DNA of 64,000 bases from an uncultured Chloroflexia bacterium (GCA_963807065.1 CAWDZQ010000002.1:177260-241259), one strand, 5' to 3'. Counted from the first letter of the stretch, positions 25,816 to 39,492 are shown. Program-made: numbers and translations. Notes: a model not told the origin generated them from the letters alone.

Positions 25816-27339
25816 TTAGCCCAACTTACCGACCGCTCCTTCCACGGCGGCCAATATGTCACCGGACTTGACCAGGTCATGCATTCGGTTGTGATCGGGG
25901 TACAGCGGCCGATCCACGTCGAGGTGCTTCACATGCTCGCGGATCACTTGACGCGCCGCCTGAATGCCCGTTCCCGGTGTGAAATCGCGGAAATCAAGAG
26001 CTTGAGCCGCAGCCATCAGTTCGATGCCCACCACCCCGTACGCATTGTCCAGTATCTGGTCGTTCTTCAGAGCGGTGTTCATCCCCATGGACACAAAGTC
26101 TTCCTGGTCTGCCGCGGCCGGAATGGATTGAATGCTGGCCGGCGCGGACAGGATGCGCTGCTCGACGATCAAATGGTCCGCCGTGTACTGGGACAACATC
26201 ATCCCGGAATAGAAGCCGGGTTCATGGGCCAGGAAGTCTGGAAGCCCCCCCGAAAGCGCTGGATTCGTCAGCCGGTTCATCCGCCGCTCTGACATCACGG
26301 AAACCATGGTGACGGCGGCCCCGGCCATGTCCATAGGCAGGGACACGGGCGAACCCTGGAAGTTGGCCCCCGTCAGAGTGAGCTTTGTCTCGGGAACAAA
26401 CACCGGGTTGTCGCCGACGCCGTTCAGTTCGATCTCCACCTGGGAGCGGGCGTAGGCCAAAGCGTCGCGGGCCGCCCCGATCACCTGGGGCGTCGAACGC
26501 ATCGAGTAGGCATCCTGAACCTTGGTCTTCATCTTCCCGGTCATCAGGTCCGAGCCATCGATCAACTTCATAATGTTCTGGGCGGAGACAATCGCCCCCC
26601 GGAACCCCCGCAGCTCGTGCAGCTTGGTCGTGTACGGCTTCAAGTTTCCGAGGAGGGCTTCGATCGACATCGCCGCCGCGATTTCGGCATGCTTGAGCCA
26701 GCGGGTCATATCGAAGATGTGCACGCCGGACAAGGCCGTCAAGACGTTGGACCCATTGATGGCTGCCAGGCCGTCGCGCGCATGCAGGCCGGGGACGGTC
26801 ACCCCGGCGCGTCGCATCGCTTCTTCGCCCGGAAGGCGTTCCCCCTTATAGAACGCCTCACCCTCCCCCATCAGCAGCAGGGCCGCCTGGGCCATCGGCG
26901 CCAGATCCCCGCTGGCGCCCACCGACCCCTTCCGGCAAACCACCGGTGTAACGCCCTTATTCAACATGTCGACCATCGCCAGAGTGATCTCGGGCCGGCA
27001 GCCCGAGTTCCCGTGGGCATGCACATTGATGCGGCTGGTCAGCGCAGCTCGGACATATTCAGCGGGCAGCGGGTCACCGATGCCAGCGGCGTGGTTATAA
27101 ACCAGGAATTTCTGAAACTCCTTGACCTGATCGTCGTCGAGGACCACTTCCGAGAACTCGCCGATCCCGGTGTTGGTGCCGTACATGATCTCTTTCTTGA
27201 CCAGTTTGTCCTCGACCATGGCCCGGCAAACTCGGATCCGCTCCAGCGCCTCGGCGGATAATGCTACTTGTTGCTGGTCCCGGGCTATCGCCACCAAGGT
27301 TTCAATTGTGAGGGATGAGCCGTCGAGTGTGAGGGTCAT
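25816..27339 (-). CDS. MIO-dependent aromatic amino acid/histidine ammonia-lyase family enzyme
   Basis: The 507-aa ORF has the MIO-forming triad in GSVGASGDLAPMA, plus GTNTGIG and NGSN motifs. Substrate specificity is not assignable by eye. Confidence 0.9.
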   Translation of the reverse strand: MTLTLDGSSLTIETLVAIARDQQQVALSAEALERIRVCRAMVEDKLVKKEIMYGTNTGIGEFSEVVLDDDQVKEFQKFLVYNHAAGIGDPLPAEYVRAALTSRINVHAHGNSGCRPEITLAMVDMLNKGVTPVVCRKGSVGASGDLAPMAQAALLLMGEGEAFYKGERLPGEEAMRRAGVTVPGLHARDGLAAINGSNVLTALSGVHIFDMTRWLKHAEIAAAMSIEALLGNLKPYTTKLHELRGFRGAIVSAQNIMKLIDGSDLMTGKMKTKVQDAYSMRSTPQVIGAARDALAYARSQVEIELNGVGDNPVFVPETKLTLTGANFQGSPVSLPMDMAGAAVTMVSVMSERRMNRLTNPALSGGLPDFLAHEPGFYSGMMLSQYTADHLIVEQRILSAPASIQSIPAAADQEDFVSMGMNTALKNDQILDNAYGVVGIELMAAAQALDFRDFTPGTGIQAARQVIREHVKHLDVDRPLYPDHNRMHDLVKSGDILAAVEGAVGKLG

Positions 27340-27746
27340 GGGCGGTCTTCTCCAGAATGGGGTGAATAGCTTGGCTGAGGGTGACGCATCCCGGTCCGAG
27401 CATTATGCCGCGATCTGGCTGATTCGTGGACGGCTCGAGGGCGTTCAGCTCCGATCATTGACAGGTCTTCATTTAGAGGCACCCCCAATCCATGCTCGGG
27501 GCCTCCTGCCTATTATTCTAAGGGTACGGAAGGCGAATGCAATCCGGGGCTTGCCGCCCATAAGCTTGCGTTGTTGGCCACGGTCCGGCGACCCTTGAGT
27601 AAGTCAGTTGGGAGCTTCGCAAGCTTCACCTCAGCCCTGCAGGCAATCATACCCCCCGCATGTCTCTCCTATGGCATGGTGCATCCCGCCAAACCACCCG
27701 TGATGAAATGGCCCTGCAGATCGTGTCTTGACGACCAGAAGAGGTG

Positions 27747-29240
27747 CTAGCTTGAACCGAGCCCGTGCAATGAGGGTTTGAGCGAGGGGTAGAGTTGGCG
27801 GTATATCGGATAAAGCGCATCGTAGTCGGCAGCAGCGGAGCCCGGTGTCGTCCGCCCAGTAATATGAACGACCTGCAGGCAAACGCTGCGCACATTGGGA
27901 AAAACGCCAGTGCCCGTGGCCGCCAAGAGGGCCGCACCGAATGCCGCACCCTCTCTAGAGTTGACCGTAACAAGCTCTGCTTGGAGAACATCGGCGAGGA
28001 TCTGTCGCCATAATGGGCTCTTTGCGCCGCCCCCTGTGACACGAACTTGGGTGATTTCTCCCAATCCAGCAGCTTCCATGAGTTCGAAGCTTTCTCTTAA
28101 GCCAAATGCAACGCCTTCCAATACCGATCGTGTCAAATGGGGCAAGGCATGCCGAACCGTCAAGCCGACGAACGCTCCGCGGGCCAGAGGATCCGAATGC
28201 GGAGTACGTTCACCGGTCAAGTAAGGCAGAAACAGCAGGCCATCGCTTCCTGGGGGTATCTTGCTCACATCCTCCAGCAGGGAATCGAAATCAACACCGG
28301 GAGCAAATGTGTCGCGATGCCAACGCAGGCTCCCACCTGCGGAGAGCATGACGCCCATCAGATGCCACTTTCCGGGGACGGCGTGACAGAACGCGTGCAG
28401 GCGCCCCGCCGGTTCGATGGTGGGTTGATCCGTGGTGGCGAAAATCACCCCAGATGTCCCCAAGCTGAGTGAGACGATCCCTTCTTCAACCGCGCCCGTG
28501 CCGACCGCAGCAGCGGCCTGGTCCCCTGCTCCCCCCACGATCGGCGTCCCCTCTTCCAATCCCGTAGCTTTGGCGGCTTCGGCACTCAACTTGCCTGCCA
28601 CTCTTGGGCCTTCATATGTCGTGGGCAGGTACCGACGATCAATCTCAAGAGCGTCAAGTACCTCGAGGGACCAATCACGGCCGCGTATGTCAAAGAGCAG
28701 CGTGCCAGACCCCCCGGCGCGGTCCATGGCGAATTCACCGCTAAGCCGATAGCGGACGTAGTCCTTGGGCAGCAAGATGTGGGCGACCTTCCGATAGAGA
28801 TCGGGTTCTTCCTGCTGAACCCACAGGATTTTGGGCGCGGTGAAACCCGTGAGAGCGTCGTTGCCGGTGACCTGGATCAAATGATCCTTGCCAAGCCGGG
28901 CGCGGATATCATCGCATTGTTTTCCGGTACGTTGATCATTCCAGAGCAAGGCCGGTCGGATCATTTTCCCGTCTTTGTCCAGGAGAACCAACCCGTGCAT
29001 CTGACCGGTGAGCCCAATGCCTTCCACGTCGCTGGCCGGCACCCCTGAGGATTGCATGACGGCGCGGATGCTGGTCACCGCAGCATCCCACCACAGTTGG
29101 GGATCTTGCTCGCTCCACAAGGGACGCGGAGTGTCAAAGGTGTATTCCGACGAAGCGACGGCCACGACGCGGCCCTTGTCATCAATCAAGAGAGCCTTCG
29201 TCGCCGTGGTCGAGGCATCGATGCCAAGGCAGTAGCTCAT
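27747..29240 (-). CDS. xylB: xylulokinase (FGGY family)
   Basis: The 497-aa ORF has LGIDASTTATKALL, GAGDQAAAAVG and TGGGAKSPLWRQILADV motifs. Confidence 0.88.
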   Translation of the reverse strand: MSYCLGIDASTTATKALLIDDKGRVVAVASSEYTFDTPRPLWSEQDPQLWWDAAVTSIRAVMQSSGVPASDVEGIGLTGQMHGLVLLDKDGKMIRPALLWNDQRTGKQCDDIRARLGKDHLIQVTGNDALTGFTAPKILWVQQEEPDLYRKVAHILLPKDYVRYRLSGEFAMDRAGGSGTLLFDIRGRDWSLEVLDALEIDRRYLPTTYEGPRVAGKLSAEAAKATGLEEGTPIVGGAGDQAAAAVGTGAVEEGIVSLSLGTSGVIFATTDQPTIEPAGRLHAFCHAVPGKWHLMGVMLSAGGSLRWHRDTFAPGVDFDSLLEDVSKIPPGSDGLLFLPYLTGERTPHSDPLARGAFVGLTVRHALPHLTRSVLEGVAFGLRESFELMEAAGLGEITQVRVTGGGAKSPLWRQILADVLQAELVTVNSREGAAFGAALLAATGTGVFPNVRSVCLQVVHITGRTTPGSAAADYDALYPIYRQLYPSLKPSLHGLGSS

Positions 29241-29246
29241 CTTGAC

Positions 29247-30134
29247 CTATCCCGCTTTGATGACTGAGAGGACTTGGACGAGGTCATCGGACCACTCAAT
29301 TCCTTCGTGCAGGTCCCAGACCTCGATATGCTCGATACTGCCTCCCGGCAACAGCGATGTGATTGGTGCGAGCGTCTCCAGCTCCAAGAACCGCGGGTCA
29401 CAATAGCACTCGCTGGAGCTTCCGCGGTCAAAATACTCGGCGCCCTGAAAATAGCTTGCACGTTTGACAAAGAGTGACCCATTGAGCCAGTACGCCAGCC
29501 ACCCCTCAGGGTTCGGGAAACCGATCTTGAGCTTGCCCCCCTTCATTTTGGCTCGAACAAGGACAATCTCATTTCCCCAGCTGATGTAATCCGAGTTGAT
29601 GTCTGTATAGGACCAGAGTGTGATGGTGCGGTTGGGCTGGATGGGACTCCCCCAAATGCCGTTTGTACACTGGGGCAGGATGGCCACGCCCCCCGGCCTC
29701 AGCTGGGTGATGGCCCACGGTGACAGGGTTTGTTCCGTATCTCCCCTGTTCGTCAATGTGTGTCTGACCTCAACGGAAGCGCGATGGCTGGCCAAGCGAA
29801 CTTCGAGCACCTTTTCAAGCATCGTCCTCGGATCCGCTGGTTGGGTGAGGCGGATGCCATCACCAAGAGACTTCACATCAATGGGGGAGTCATCTGGTAA
29901 ATAGGTTATCGGGGGATTCTCGGGGGCATGCCATAGGCGATGGCCGCCGTAGAAGTGGAAGGGAGCCCCTCCGGGATGTTCCAATATGGCCCCCGGGAGC
30001 ACGGCAAGAATATTATCACCCCTGCTTGACTTCAACGACAGGATGCGCGGGCCAACCGAAATGGTCGCCAATATTGAAAGGTGATCACTGGCGATCTCAG
30101 CACATTCAATTCCCTGAAATTCAATCGTCTGCAT
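29247..30134 (-). CDS. galactose-mutarotase-fold / aldose-epimerase-like protein, uncharacterised
   Basis: The start at 30134 is MQTIEF. Has a GGHRLWHAPE motif and a beta-sandwich-like sequence. It sits between xylA and xylB. Confidence 0.6.
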   Translation of the reverse strand: MQTIEFQGIECAEIASDHLSILATISVGPRILSLKSSRGDNILAVLPGAILEHPGGAPFHFYGGHRLWHAPENPPITYLPDDSPIDVKSLGDGIRLTQPADPRTMLEKVLEVRLASHRASVEVRHTLTNRGDTEQTLSPWAITQLRPGGVAILPQCTNGIWGSPIQPNRTITLWSYTDINSDYISWGNEIVLVRAKMKGGKLKIGFPNPEGWLAYWLNGSLFVKRASYFQGAEYFDRGSSSECYCDPRFLELETLAPITSLLPGGSIEHIEVWDLHEGIEWSDDLVQVLSVIKAG

Positions 30135-30162
30135 ATCTCGCCGCGTCCGATTGAGCGGACTT

Positions 30163-31332
30163 CTAGCGTACGCCCATGATGAGTTCAACCACCAATTGAT
30201 CAAGGCGCTCATATTTCAATCCACGCTGTCCAAGTTTCTCCCGATCGAAGGTCAAGGCTTTTAGACTTGATGCTTTCTCGGGTGAATACTTGCCCTTGAA
30301 CGGATCCATCTCGCCATCGTCGGCGGTTATCTCTGCCAGGAGGGCCTGGATTTCGGGGTCATGGCCGAATTGGGCCGCCTTTTGCTTCAGGATCAGGTAG
30401 GTGCGCATGCAGCCCCGGGCGAAGTCCTTTACACCCTCGTAATCCTCGGTACGGTAGGCATGTGCATCAAAGTGACGGCTGCCGGAATAGCCAGAGTCCT
30501 CCAGCAGTTTGACAAGGAAGAAAGCGCTCTTGAGATTGACCGCACCGAAACGAAAATCCTGGTCAAAGCGGCCAAAGGCCTGGTCGTTCAGATCGATATG
30601 GAAAAGCTTTTCCGTTTCAAGGGCTTGGGCCACCGCGTGTACGAAGTTAAGTCCGGCCATGTGTTCGTGAGCGACTTCCGGGTTTACTCCGACCATTTCA
30701 GGGTGATCAAGGGTTTCGATGAAGGCCAGCATGTGCCCTGTCGTCGCGTTGTACATGTCACCGCGCGGCTCATTGGGTTTTGCCTCGAGGGCAAACTTCA
30801 GCTGGTAGTCTCTATCCAGGACGTATTCACAGAGGAAGTTCATCGCCTCACGTGTGCGCTTGATAGCCACAACAGGATCTTTGCCCGCATCGGTTTCCGT
30901 CCCTTCGCGCCCCCCCCAAAAGACATAGACCTTTGCACCCAATTCCACACCGAGGTCGATCGCATGCATCGTTTTCTGGAGCGCGTACGCCCGCACACGC
31001 GGGTTGTTTGCAGTGAAGGCACCATCCTTAAAGACCGGATCCCCGAAGAGGTTGGTGGTTGCCATAGGGACGCACAGGCCGGTTGCCTGCAGAGCCCGCT
31101 GAAACTCCGCCACAATTCTATGGCGATCAGAAGGACTGGCATCGATCGGGACCAGGTCATTGTCGTGGAGATTGACACCATAGGCCCCGACGTCGGCAAG
31201 CAGGTGTACAAGCTCAACTGGAGATAGCGAAGAGCGCACAGGTCCGCCAAATGGGTCGCGTCCGATGTTCCCGACGGTCCACAAGCCGAATGTGAACTTA
31301 TGCTCGGGCTTGGGCTGAAAAGGATCAGGCAT
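30163..31332 (-). CDS. xylA: xylose isomerase (short, actinobacterial-type class I)
   Basis: The start at 31332 has AGGAGA upstream. Has [16 protein letters not shown]-like, WGGREG and PKPNEPRGD-like motifs. The product is 389 aa. Confidence 0.92.
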   Translation of the reverse strand: MPDPFQPKPEHKFTFGLWTVGNIGRDPFGGPVRSSLSPVELVHLLADVGAYGVNLHDNDLVPIDASPSDRHRIVAEFQRALQATGLCVPMATTNLFGDPVFKDGAFTANNPRVRAYALQKTMHAIDLGVELGAKVYVFWGGREGTETDAGKDPVVAIKRTREAMNFLCEYVLDRDYQLKFALEAKPNEPRGDMYNATTGHMLAFIETLDHPEMVGVNPEVAHEHMAGLNFVHAVAQALETEKLFHIDLNDQAFGRFDQDFRFGAVNLKSAFFLVKLLEDSGYSGSRHFDAHAYRTEDYEGVKDFARGCMRTYLILKQKAAQFGHDPEIQALLAEITADDGEMDPFKGKYSPEKASSLKALTFDREKLGQRGLKYERLDQLVVELIMGVR

Positions 31333-31391
31333 CAAATTTCTCCTATACGCCGGTCGGGGCGTGGCAGCATGTTCATGTCCTACTTCTCCGC

Positions 31392-33714
31392 CTAGGTCCC
31401 GACTTCTACCGGGCATTCGAACAGCCGCTTGTTGATGACTTCGGCCTGCCGGCCCACGACTTCGAATGAGCCTTGTAAGCGAATGTCCTCGGACGAGCTG
31501 CCCACCATAACGATCATCCGACCGGGCTCAAGCACCAGTTCCAGGTCCTGGTTGTAGAATGCCAGCAGGTTTACGGGCAAACTGAATGTGACCTTCTTTC
31601 GTTCGCCGGATTGGAGTTCGATTCGCGTGTAGCCGACGAGTTGCTTCACCGGCCGCGGTGAACTCGCGAACATGTCCCGAGCATAGAGCTGGACAACCTC
31701 CTCACCGGGGAGCGATCCTGTGTTGGTCAATTCAACCGCCACGGCAACGCATTCACCACAGGACACTTGAGGCTTGCCCACCGATAGATTGCTGTATTCG
31801 AATGTCGTATAACTCAGGCCGTGGCCGAAGGGATAGAGCGGGGCGGTCTTCTCTGAGACATAATCGCCGTACCAGTGGGATTTCATGGCCGAGGGTTGGT
31901 GATTGTAGAAAATCGGCAGCTGTCCGACATGGCGCGGGAATGTTACCGGGATCTTGCCCCCAGGATTGACGTCACCAAAAAGGACGTCGGCCACTGCGCC
32001 CCCCCCTTCTTCACCGGGAATCCAGGCTTCGAGAATGGCGTCGGCCATCTCATCAAGCCAAGGAATGGCATACGGGCGCCCGTTGATCAAGACAGCCGCC
32101 ACCGGTTTGCCAGTGGCCAGCACCGCCCTTGCCAGATCTTCCTGCACGCCGGGCAGACGAAGGTCAGCGCTATCGCGAGTTTCCCCAGTAGTGCATTCAG
32201 GCATCAGCCCGGATCGATCGCCAAGAACGAGAATCACCGCGTCAGCTCGATCGGCGGCCGCAAGTGCGCTATCAAATCCACCCTTGTCTTCATCCAGATT
32301 GTCGCAACCTTTGGCATACAGCACTTTCGTCTTCGGCGAGACGGCCGCTTTGATGTTTTCAAGCACCGTGGTCACCTGTATTTCATGTCGAGCAATTGCA
32401 TTGGCATCGACTTCTCACAAATGAAGAATTAGGCGGAGACTGGTAAATCATCAGCTCTTTGGTGGCCTCATAGGAATAATCGCCCAGCAGACCACGGGCA
32501 TGATCTGCGTTGGGGCCAAGAACAGCCACAGTGCCGATGTCCTTCTCGAGTGGCAGGAGCCCATTGTTCTTGAGGAGAACGATGCTCTTACGGGCGATCT
32601 CTCGCGCCAAGCTACGCTGTGCGCCGGTCTCATATACCTCGAGCACACGCCCTTCATCCACGAAAGGATTAACGAACAGACCAAGGTCAAGTTTCTTCTG
32701 CAGGTGTCGGCGCACGGCCGTATCAACGGTTCCGATATCAAGGTCGCCAGCATCCAGCGCGGCCATGAGCGGCTCGGCATAGCAAACCGCTGTCGGCAAC
32801 TCCACGTCGATACCTGCGTCGAGCGCAAGACATGCCGCCGTGGACTTATCCACAGCCAGGTTGTGAAAGTTGTGGATCATAAGAACGGCTTCGTAGTCCG
32901 AGACCACCAGGCCGTCGAATCCGAGTTGGTCTCGTAGGAGTTCGGTCAAAATGCGGCGCGACGCAGCGACCAACTCGCCATCCACTTCGGGATAGGCGTT
33001 CATGATGCTGGCCAAGCCAGCCTCCCCTATGGCGGCTTGGAATGGGGCGAGATACACCTCGAATAACTCATGCCATCCCACATGGACGGGCCCGCAGTTG
33101 AGACCGCCCTGGGATAGGCCGTGTCCGATGAAATGTTTCCCAGTCGCCATCACGCCATCTGTCAGGCTGTCTCCCTGCAACCCGCGGACGTAGGCCACGC
33201 CAAACTGACTGACCAACATTGGGTCTTCGCCAAAGGTCTCTTCTATGCGTCCCCACCGTGGGTCGCGGGCGACATCCAGCACCGGTGCCAGCGCCTGGCG
33301 CGCCCCGATGGCCAGCATCTGTTGGCGGATGGCGCTTGTCATTTGTTGGGCCAATTCGGGCTGAAATGTGGCGGCCAAGCCGAGCATCTGCGGGTAGCAT
33401 GTTCCTCCAAGCACCACGGTCCCGCAACAACATTCCTCGTGAAGAATTGCCGGTATGCCTAAACGTGTGCGTTCCACAAGGAATCTCTGGATCTGATTGC
33501 CGGCTATGGCTGCCGACAGCGGATCTAGAGTTGAAGCGCCGGCGACCCGAGTGATCTGGCCCATGCCGAGGCTGAGTTTCGACTGGATCTTTTCCGGATC
33601 CAGCTTCGCATCCTTTTGCAGCTCATACATCCAGCAGGAGCCCAGTTGAGCCAATTTCTCATCCAAGGTCATCTGTGTTATGAGTTTCTCGATGGAGGGC
33701 AAGATGGATGTCAT
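31392..33714 (-). pseudogene. GH3 beta-glucosidase (BglX-like), split by one frameshift
   Basis: ORF 32383..33714 is the N-terminal (beta/alpha)8 domain (GRIEETFGEDP, KHFIGHG, VVSDY). ORF 31392..32375 is the C-terminal alpha/beta plus FnIII-like part (ILVLGD, INGRPY, EAWIPGEEGG). The frames can only be joined within 32385-32414. Confidence 0.85.
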
Positions 33715-33832
33715 GCAGCCTCTCTGTCCGGACCTTCATGCCTATTTTGGGCATCGAAGTTTCTGGAACGAACCAGGTCCCCTATGAGCCAGACTTTGAA
33801 CCAATGATCATCGAAATACGGTAGAGATCGCA

Positions 33833-35201
<1,369 letters not shown>

Positions 35202-37668
35202 CTACCGACCCAGCCAGCCCTGGATCTGGACTTTGTTCACCCCATTGACGGGCATTGGGATGACGTTTCCACTGACCGGCGTTCCATCCACAAGCAATTG
35301 GATGGCCTTGCCCGGCCCTTCCCTTTTCACGTTAATGTCATATTGGACACCCCGAAAGTGGCGCACTGCTTCAAATCCTTTCCAGGCCGCGGGAATGACC
35401 GGCGCTACCTGCAGCCCATCGTAGGTCGGACGGATCCCCAGAATCCACTGCGTGATGGCAACATAATTCCAGGCGGCCGTGCCCGTCAGCCATGAATTCT
35501 TGGCCTCGCCGTGCGTGGGCGCGTCCTTGCCGGCAATCATCTGGGCATAGACATAGGGTTCGCACTTGTGAAGATGGCTCAGATCCTCACGGGCGGAGGG
35601 ATTGATCCTTAAGTAGTAGTCGTGAGCCCTGTCCCCGCGCCCGATCATGGCCTCGGCGATCATGATCCAGGGATTGGTATGACAGAAAATGCCAGCGTTC
35701 TCTTTGAAACCTGGGGGATAGGACGAGATCTCACCCAAATGCAAATGATACCGGCTGAAGGCTGGGCGCAGCAGGACAATTCCGTGGGGTGTCGCCAGAT
35801 GCTCGCCAACTGCATCTAATGCTTGGAGGGCGCGTCCGTCTTCTACGCCCAATCCGGCCATGACACAGATGCCCTGCGGCTCGATGAAGATTTGGCCTTC
35901 ATCGTTCTCCTCCGAGCCCAGGACCCCGCCGAAATTGTCATAGGCGCGACGGAACCAACCACCATCCCAACCGGCTGCCCAGATAGCTTCCTCCATCGCT
36001 TGTGCAGACTTCGCATGCTCGTCGGCTCGATGCGTATCCCCCATGCGGGCAGCGATATCCCTCATCTCCTTGGCCGCCAGCACGAACAATCCGGCGATGA
36101 AGACGCTTTCCGCGATCTTGCCTTCTTCATTCGTCGTCGTTTGAAATGACTGCCCCGGCTCATTTGAGAAACAATTCAGATTTAGGCAATCGTTCCAATC
36201 TGCACGGCCAATGAGCGGCAAGCCATGAGGGCCAAGTCGATCGAGTGTGAATTGAATTGATCGCCCGAGGTGGCCGATTAGTGGTTCTTCCGTCCCGTTC
36301 TGGTTCTCATACGGGACCGGATGATGGAGAATGCTCCAATCGCCGGTCTCCTTCAGATAGGCCGCAACAGACAGCACAAGCCAAAGGGGATCATCGTTAA
36401 AACCGTCGCCTATGTCGTCGTTGCCTCGCTTGGTTAGCGGCTGGTACTGATGGTAGGCGCCTCCACTCAGCAGTTGCGTCGCCGCCAAATCCAGTATCCG
36501 GTCCCGGGCTTTCTCAGGGCAAAAGGGCATGAGCCCAATTAGGTCTTGGTTCGAATCCCTGAAGCCGATACCACGCCCAATTCCTGATTTAAAGTACGTG
36601 GCGGAGCGCGATAGTCTAAAGTTGACCATCACCTGATAGGCATTCCAGATATTGACCATGCGGTTTGTGTGCGTGTCCGGTGTCGTAACCTGAAACCTGT
36701 TCAACAACCTTCCCCAATGTAAGCGCAAAGCCATGAACGCCTTTTCAACCTCCTCCGGTTGAAGATACCGCTTGATAATCGGCGCTACGCCGCGCTGTAT
36801 TGATGAGCTGTGACTCCGGGGGATCGAATTTGTCGTCAGATGGGTTTTCGAAATAGCCCAGAACGAAAATGATCTTTTTGCGCGTTCCGGGTGGCAATTG
36901 GATGCTCGCCTGCAGGGCTCCAATGGGTTGCCAGCCGTGCGCGATCGAACCAGCCAACTGGCCGGCCTCGACAGCAGAAGGCGAATCCCATCCCCGATAG
37001 GGTCCCAGGAAGGCCTCGCGCTGCGTATCAAATCCGACAACAGATTCCGAACCGGCCAGATAAGCGAAATGATTTCGCCGTTCCCGATATTCAGACTTGT
37101 GATATATGACTCCGTCCACGACCTCCACTTCGCCAATGGAAAGATTGCGCTGATAGTTGGTGGAATCGTCCAACGCGTCCCACAGATTGAACTCTACGGC
37201 CGCGAAGACCGAAAGTTGGACAGCCTCCTCCCTGAGGTTGCACAGCGTCAGTTCCCAGATCTCAAGGTTTTCATCCAGAGGGACAAAGTATCTGGTGGTG
37301 GACTCGATTCCGGATAGGCTCGAACGGATGGTGGTGTAGCCCAGCCCATGCCGGCATTCGTAGGCATCCAGCGGAGTTCGCACCGGTCGCCATGACGGGG
37401 ACCAGAACTGAACCGCAGCGGAATTTGCAGATGGGCTGTCGACGTGGAGGTACACATGGCGCCCCCCTGTATCCAAGGGAGCCCCGTTGTACCGGTATCG
37501 GGTTAGCCGGCGCAGCCGGGCGTCTTTGTAGAACGAATAGCCGCCCGCCGTGTTGGAGATGAGACCTGTGAAGTCGTGGTCGCCAAGGAAGTTAATCCAC
37601 GGCAAGGGCGTATCGGGGCGATCAATGACGTACTCCCGTCGCTCATCGTCAAAGTGACCATAACGCAT
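35202..37668 (-). pseudogene. GH94 cellobiose/chitobiose-type phosphorylase, split by one frameshift
   Basis: The N-terminal part runs from M at 37668 (MRYGHFDDERREYVIDRPDTPLPWINFLG) in ORF 36745..37842. The remainder is in ORF 35202..37136 ([14 protein letters not shown]). The join lies around 36780-36800. The total of about 822 aa fits the family. Confidence 0.85.
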
Positions 37669-37690
37669 AGTGCCTCGATGTCTGGCTTCT

Positions 37691-38537
37691 CTATTCTTTA
37701 ATGGCGCCCAGGGCAATGCCGCTGACAATGTAACGCGAGAAGATAGCGTAGATGATGATGATCGGGACAACCGTAATGGCAAGTCCCAAGTAGATCGCAC
37801 CATACTCTGTACGATACACGTCACCACGCATGGTTTGCACAAGCATCGGCAGGGTGTACTTCTTTATAGATGAAATCAGGATGAACGGGGTGAAAAAGTT
37901 GTTCCATGATGCGACGAACGCAAAAATACCCATGGTGGCCGCACCTGGAACCGCAAGAGGCATGATAATCCTGTGAAAGATCCCCAGTTCACCGGCGCCA
38001 TCGATTTTGGCAGCATCGATCAGATCTTGGACCACCATTGACTTCGAAGTACTGCTTGCCAAAGAACACCGCCGAGGCATTGGCAATCAGGGGCAAGATA
38101 AGCGAAGCATAATTGTCTGTCAATCCCAGGGTGGACATGAATTGATAGAAACCCACGATAGAGAGCTGCATGGGGATCATGACCAGCACGATGATGAAGT
38201 TGGAGAAGAGCTTTTTCCCCTTGAAGTCGTAGACAACCAGGCCATAGGCGGTCATCATCGAGAAATAGACTGTGACCAGCGTCGAGGAGACCGCCAGGTA
38301 TAAGCTGTTGGCGAAGCCTCTCGGCATGTCCAAACCTCTGCCGATCAACAGTCCGTAGTTCTCGATAACATGCGTGCTCGGCAGCAGGCTAATCCCCTGT
38401 TGAATCTCCGTTGTTGAACGGGTTGCGTTCACGATCAGCAACCAGATTGGCAAGATGGTGATGACCAACAGGAGAATCAGGAACGTGTAGACTAAAATGC
38501 GGAGGACACCCGTGCCAAATCTGTATTGGCTGATCAT
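37691..38537 (-). pseudogene. CUT1-family sugar ABC permease (MalG-like), split by one frameshift
   Basis: ORF 37989..38537 is the N-terminal TM helices. ORF 37691..38086 carries the EAA-loop region (LIDAAKIDGAGELGIFHRIIMP). The join is near 38030-38045. Confidence 0.85.
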
Positions 38538-39492
38538 GATAGCAACCCCTCACGATTCCTTCCCTTGAGCGGCCACAACTTCTTCCGGTTTCCGTCACCC
38601 ACATCCCATCGTGTAGGAAGTAGAAGATACCCAGCGCGCATACGCTGGTCATGATGAACACCAGCACGCCGACCGAGGAGGCCGCTCCGATGTGACCCTG
38701 GCTGCTAGCGAATTTCATGTACATCAGAATGTTGTTGGTTTGAATCGAGCTCAACGGGGAACCTCTGCCATCGGTCAAAAGGAACGGGATGTCAAACATC
38801 TGCATGCCGCCCACCAACGATGTCACAAAGACAAATATGAGGATAGGCTTCAATAACGGCAAGGTGATATGCCTGAACATTTGCCAGTCGCTTCCGCCAT
38901 CGACCATGGCGGCTTCATATAAGTGAACTGGTATGGACGTCATGCCTGCCATGAGAATGATTGCCGTCTGGCCGAACCACATCCACCATTGGATGAATAT
39001 CACCAAACCGCGCGTGATCCAGACACTCTCCAGAAACCGCATGGCTTCAGTCAAGAATCCCAGCTTCACCATGAGCTGGTTAGCTGGGCCATAGTAATCA
39101 AACAGTGCGTGAAACAATGCCGCTACGGCCGCAGGCACCAGCAGATTCGGCAAGAAGAACAACGCACGCCATGTCCCGACGGCCTTGATCTTCAACCGGA
39201 CACTGGTGAACAGAACCGACAACAGCATGGCGATGCCGATCTGAGGGATGAAATTCAGCAACCAGATCAACCAGGTGTTCCCCACCGCCCTCACGAAGAC
39301 GATATCGGCGAACAGCCGTTTGAAGTTTGCCAAGCCGGTAAATTTGCTCGTACTCGACATCAAGGTTGTGTTGGTGAAGCTAAGAGCCAGGGTGTTGTAA
39401 ACCGGGTAAAGGCCAAAGATGAGAAAGCCGATGACGAATGGCGCAAGAAACATATAACCGTAGTAATTGCTCCAAGACTTCGCTCTATTCAT
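38534..39492 (-). CDS. CUT1-family sugar ABC permease (MalF/LacF-like) with a probable frame problem at the extreme C-terminus
   Basis: Has the EAA loop (LYEAAMVDGGSDWQMFRHITLP). As drawn, ORF 38389..39525 runs 149 nt into the next gene. A shift near 38600-38620 gives a tail ending in TGA that overlaps the next ATG (ATGA at 38534-38537). The start is uncertain (39492, 39516 or 39525). Confidence 0.75.

Noticed and set aside
27473-27507. A mini-ORF MDWGCL-stop (27473-27493, minus) with AGGAGG 8 nt upstream and a TAGAAT -10-like box, in the 400-nt region upstream of the ammonia-lyase. It could be a leader peptide.
   Set aside because: Six codons cannot be supported from sequence alone, and I see no attenuator structure linking it to the lyase start 134 nt downstream. 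It is noted only as something to check if TSS data exist.
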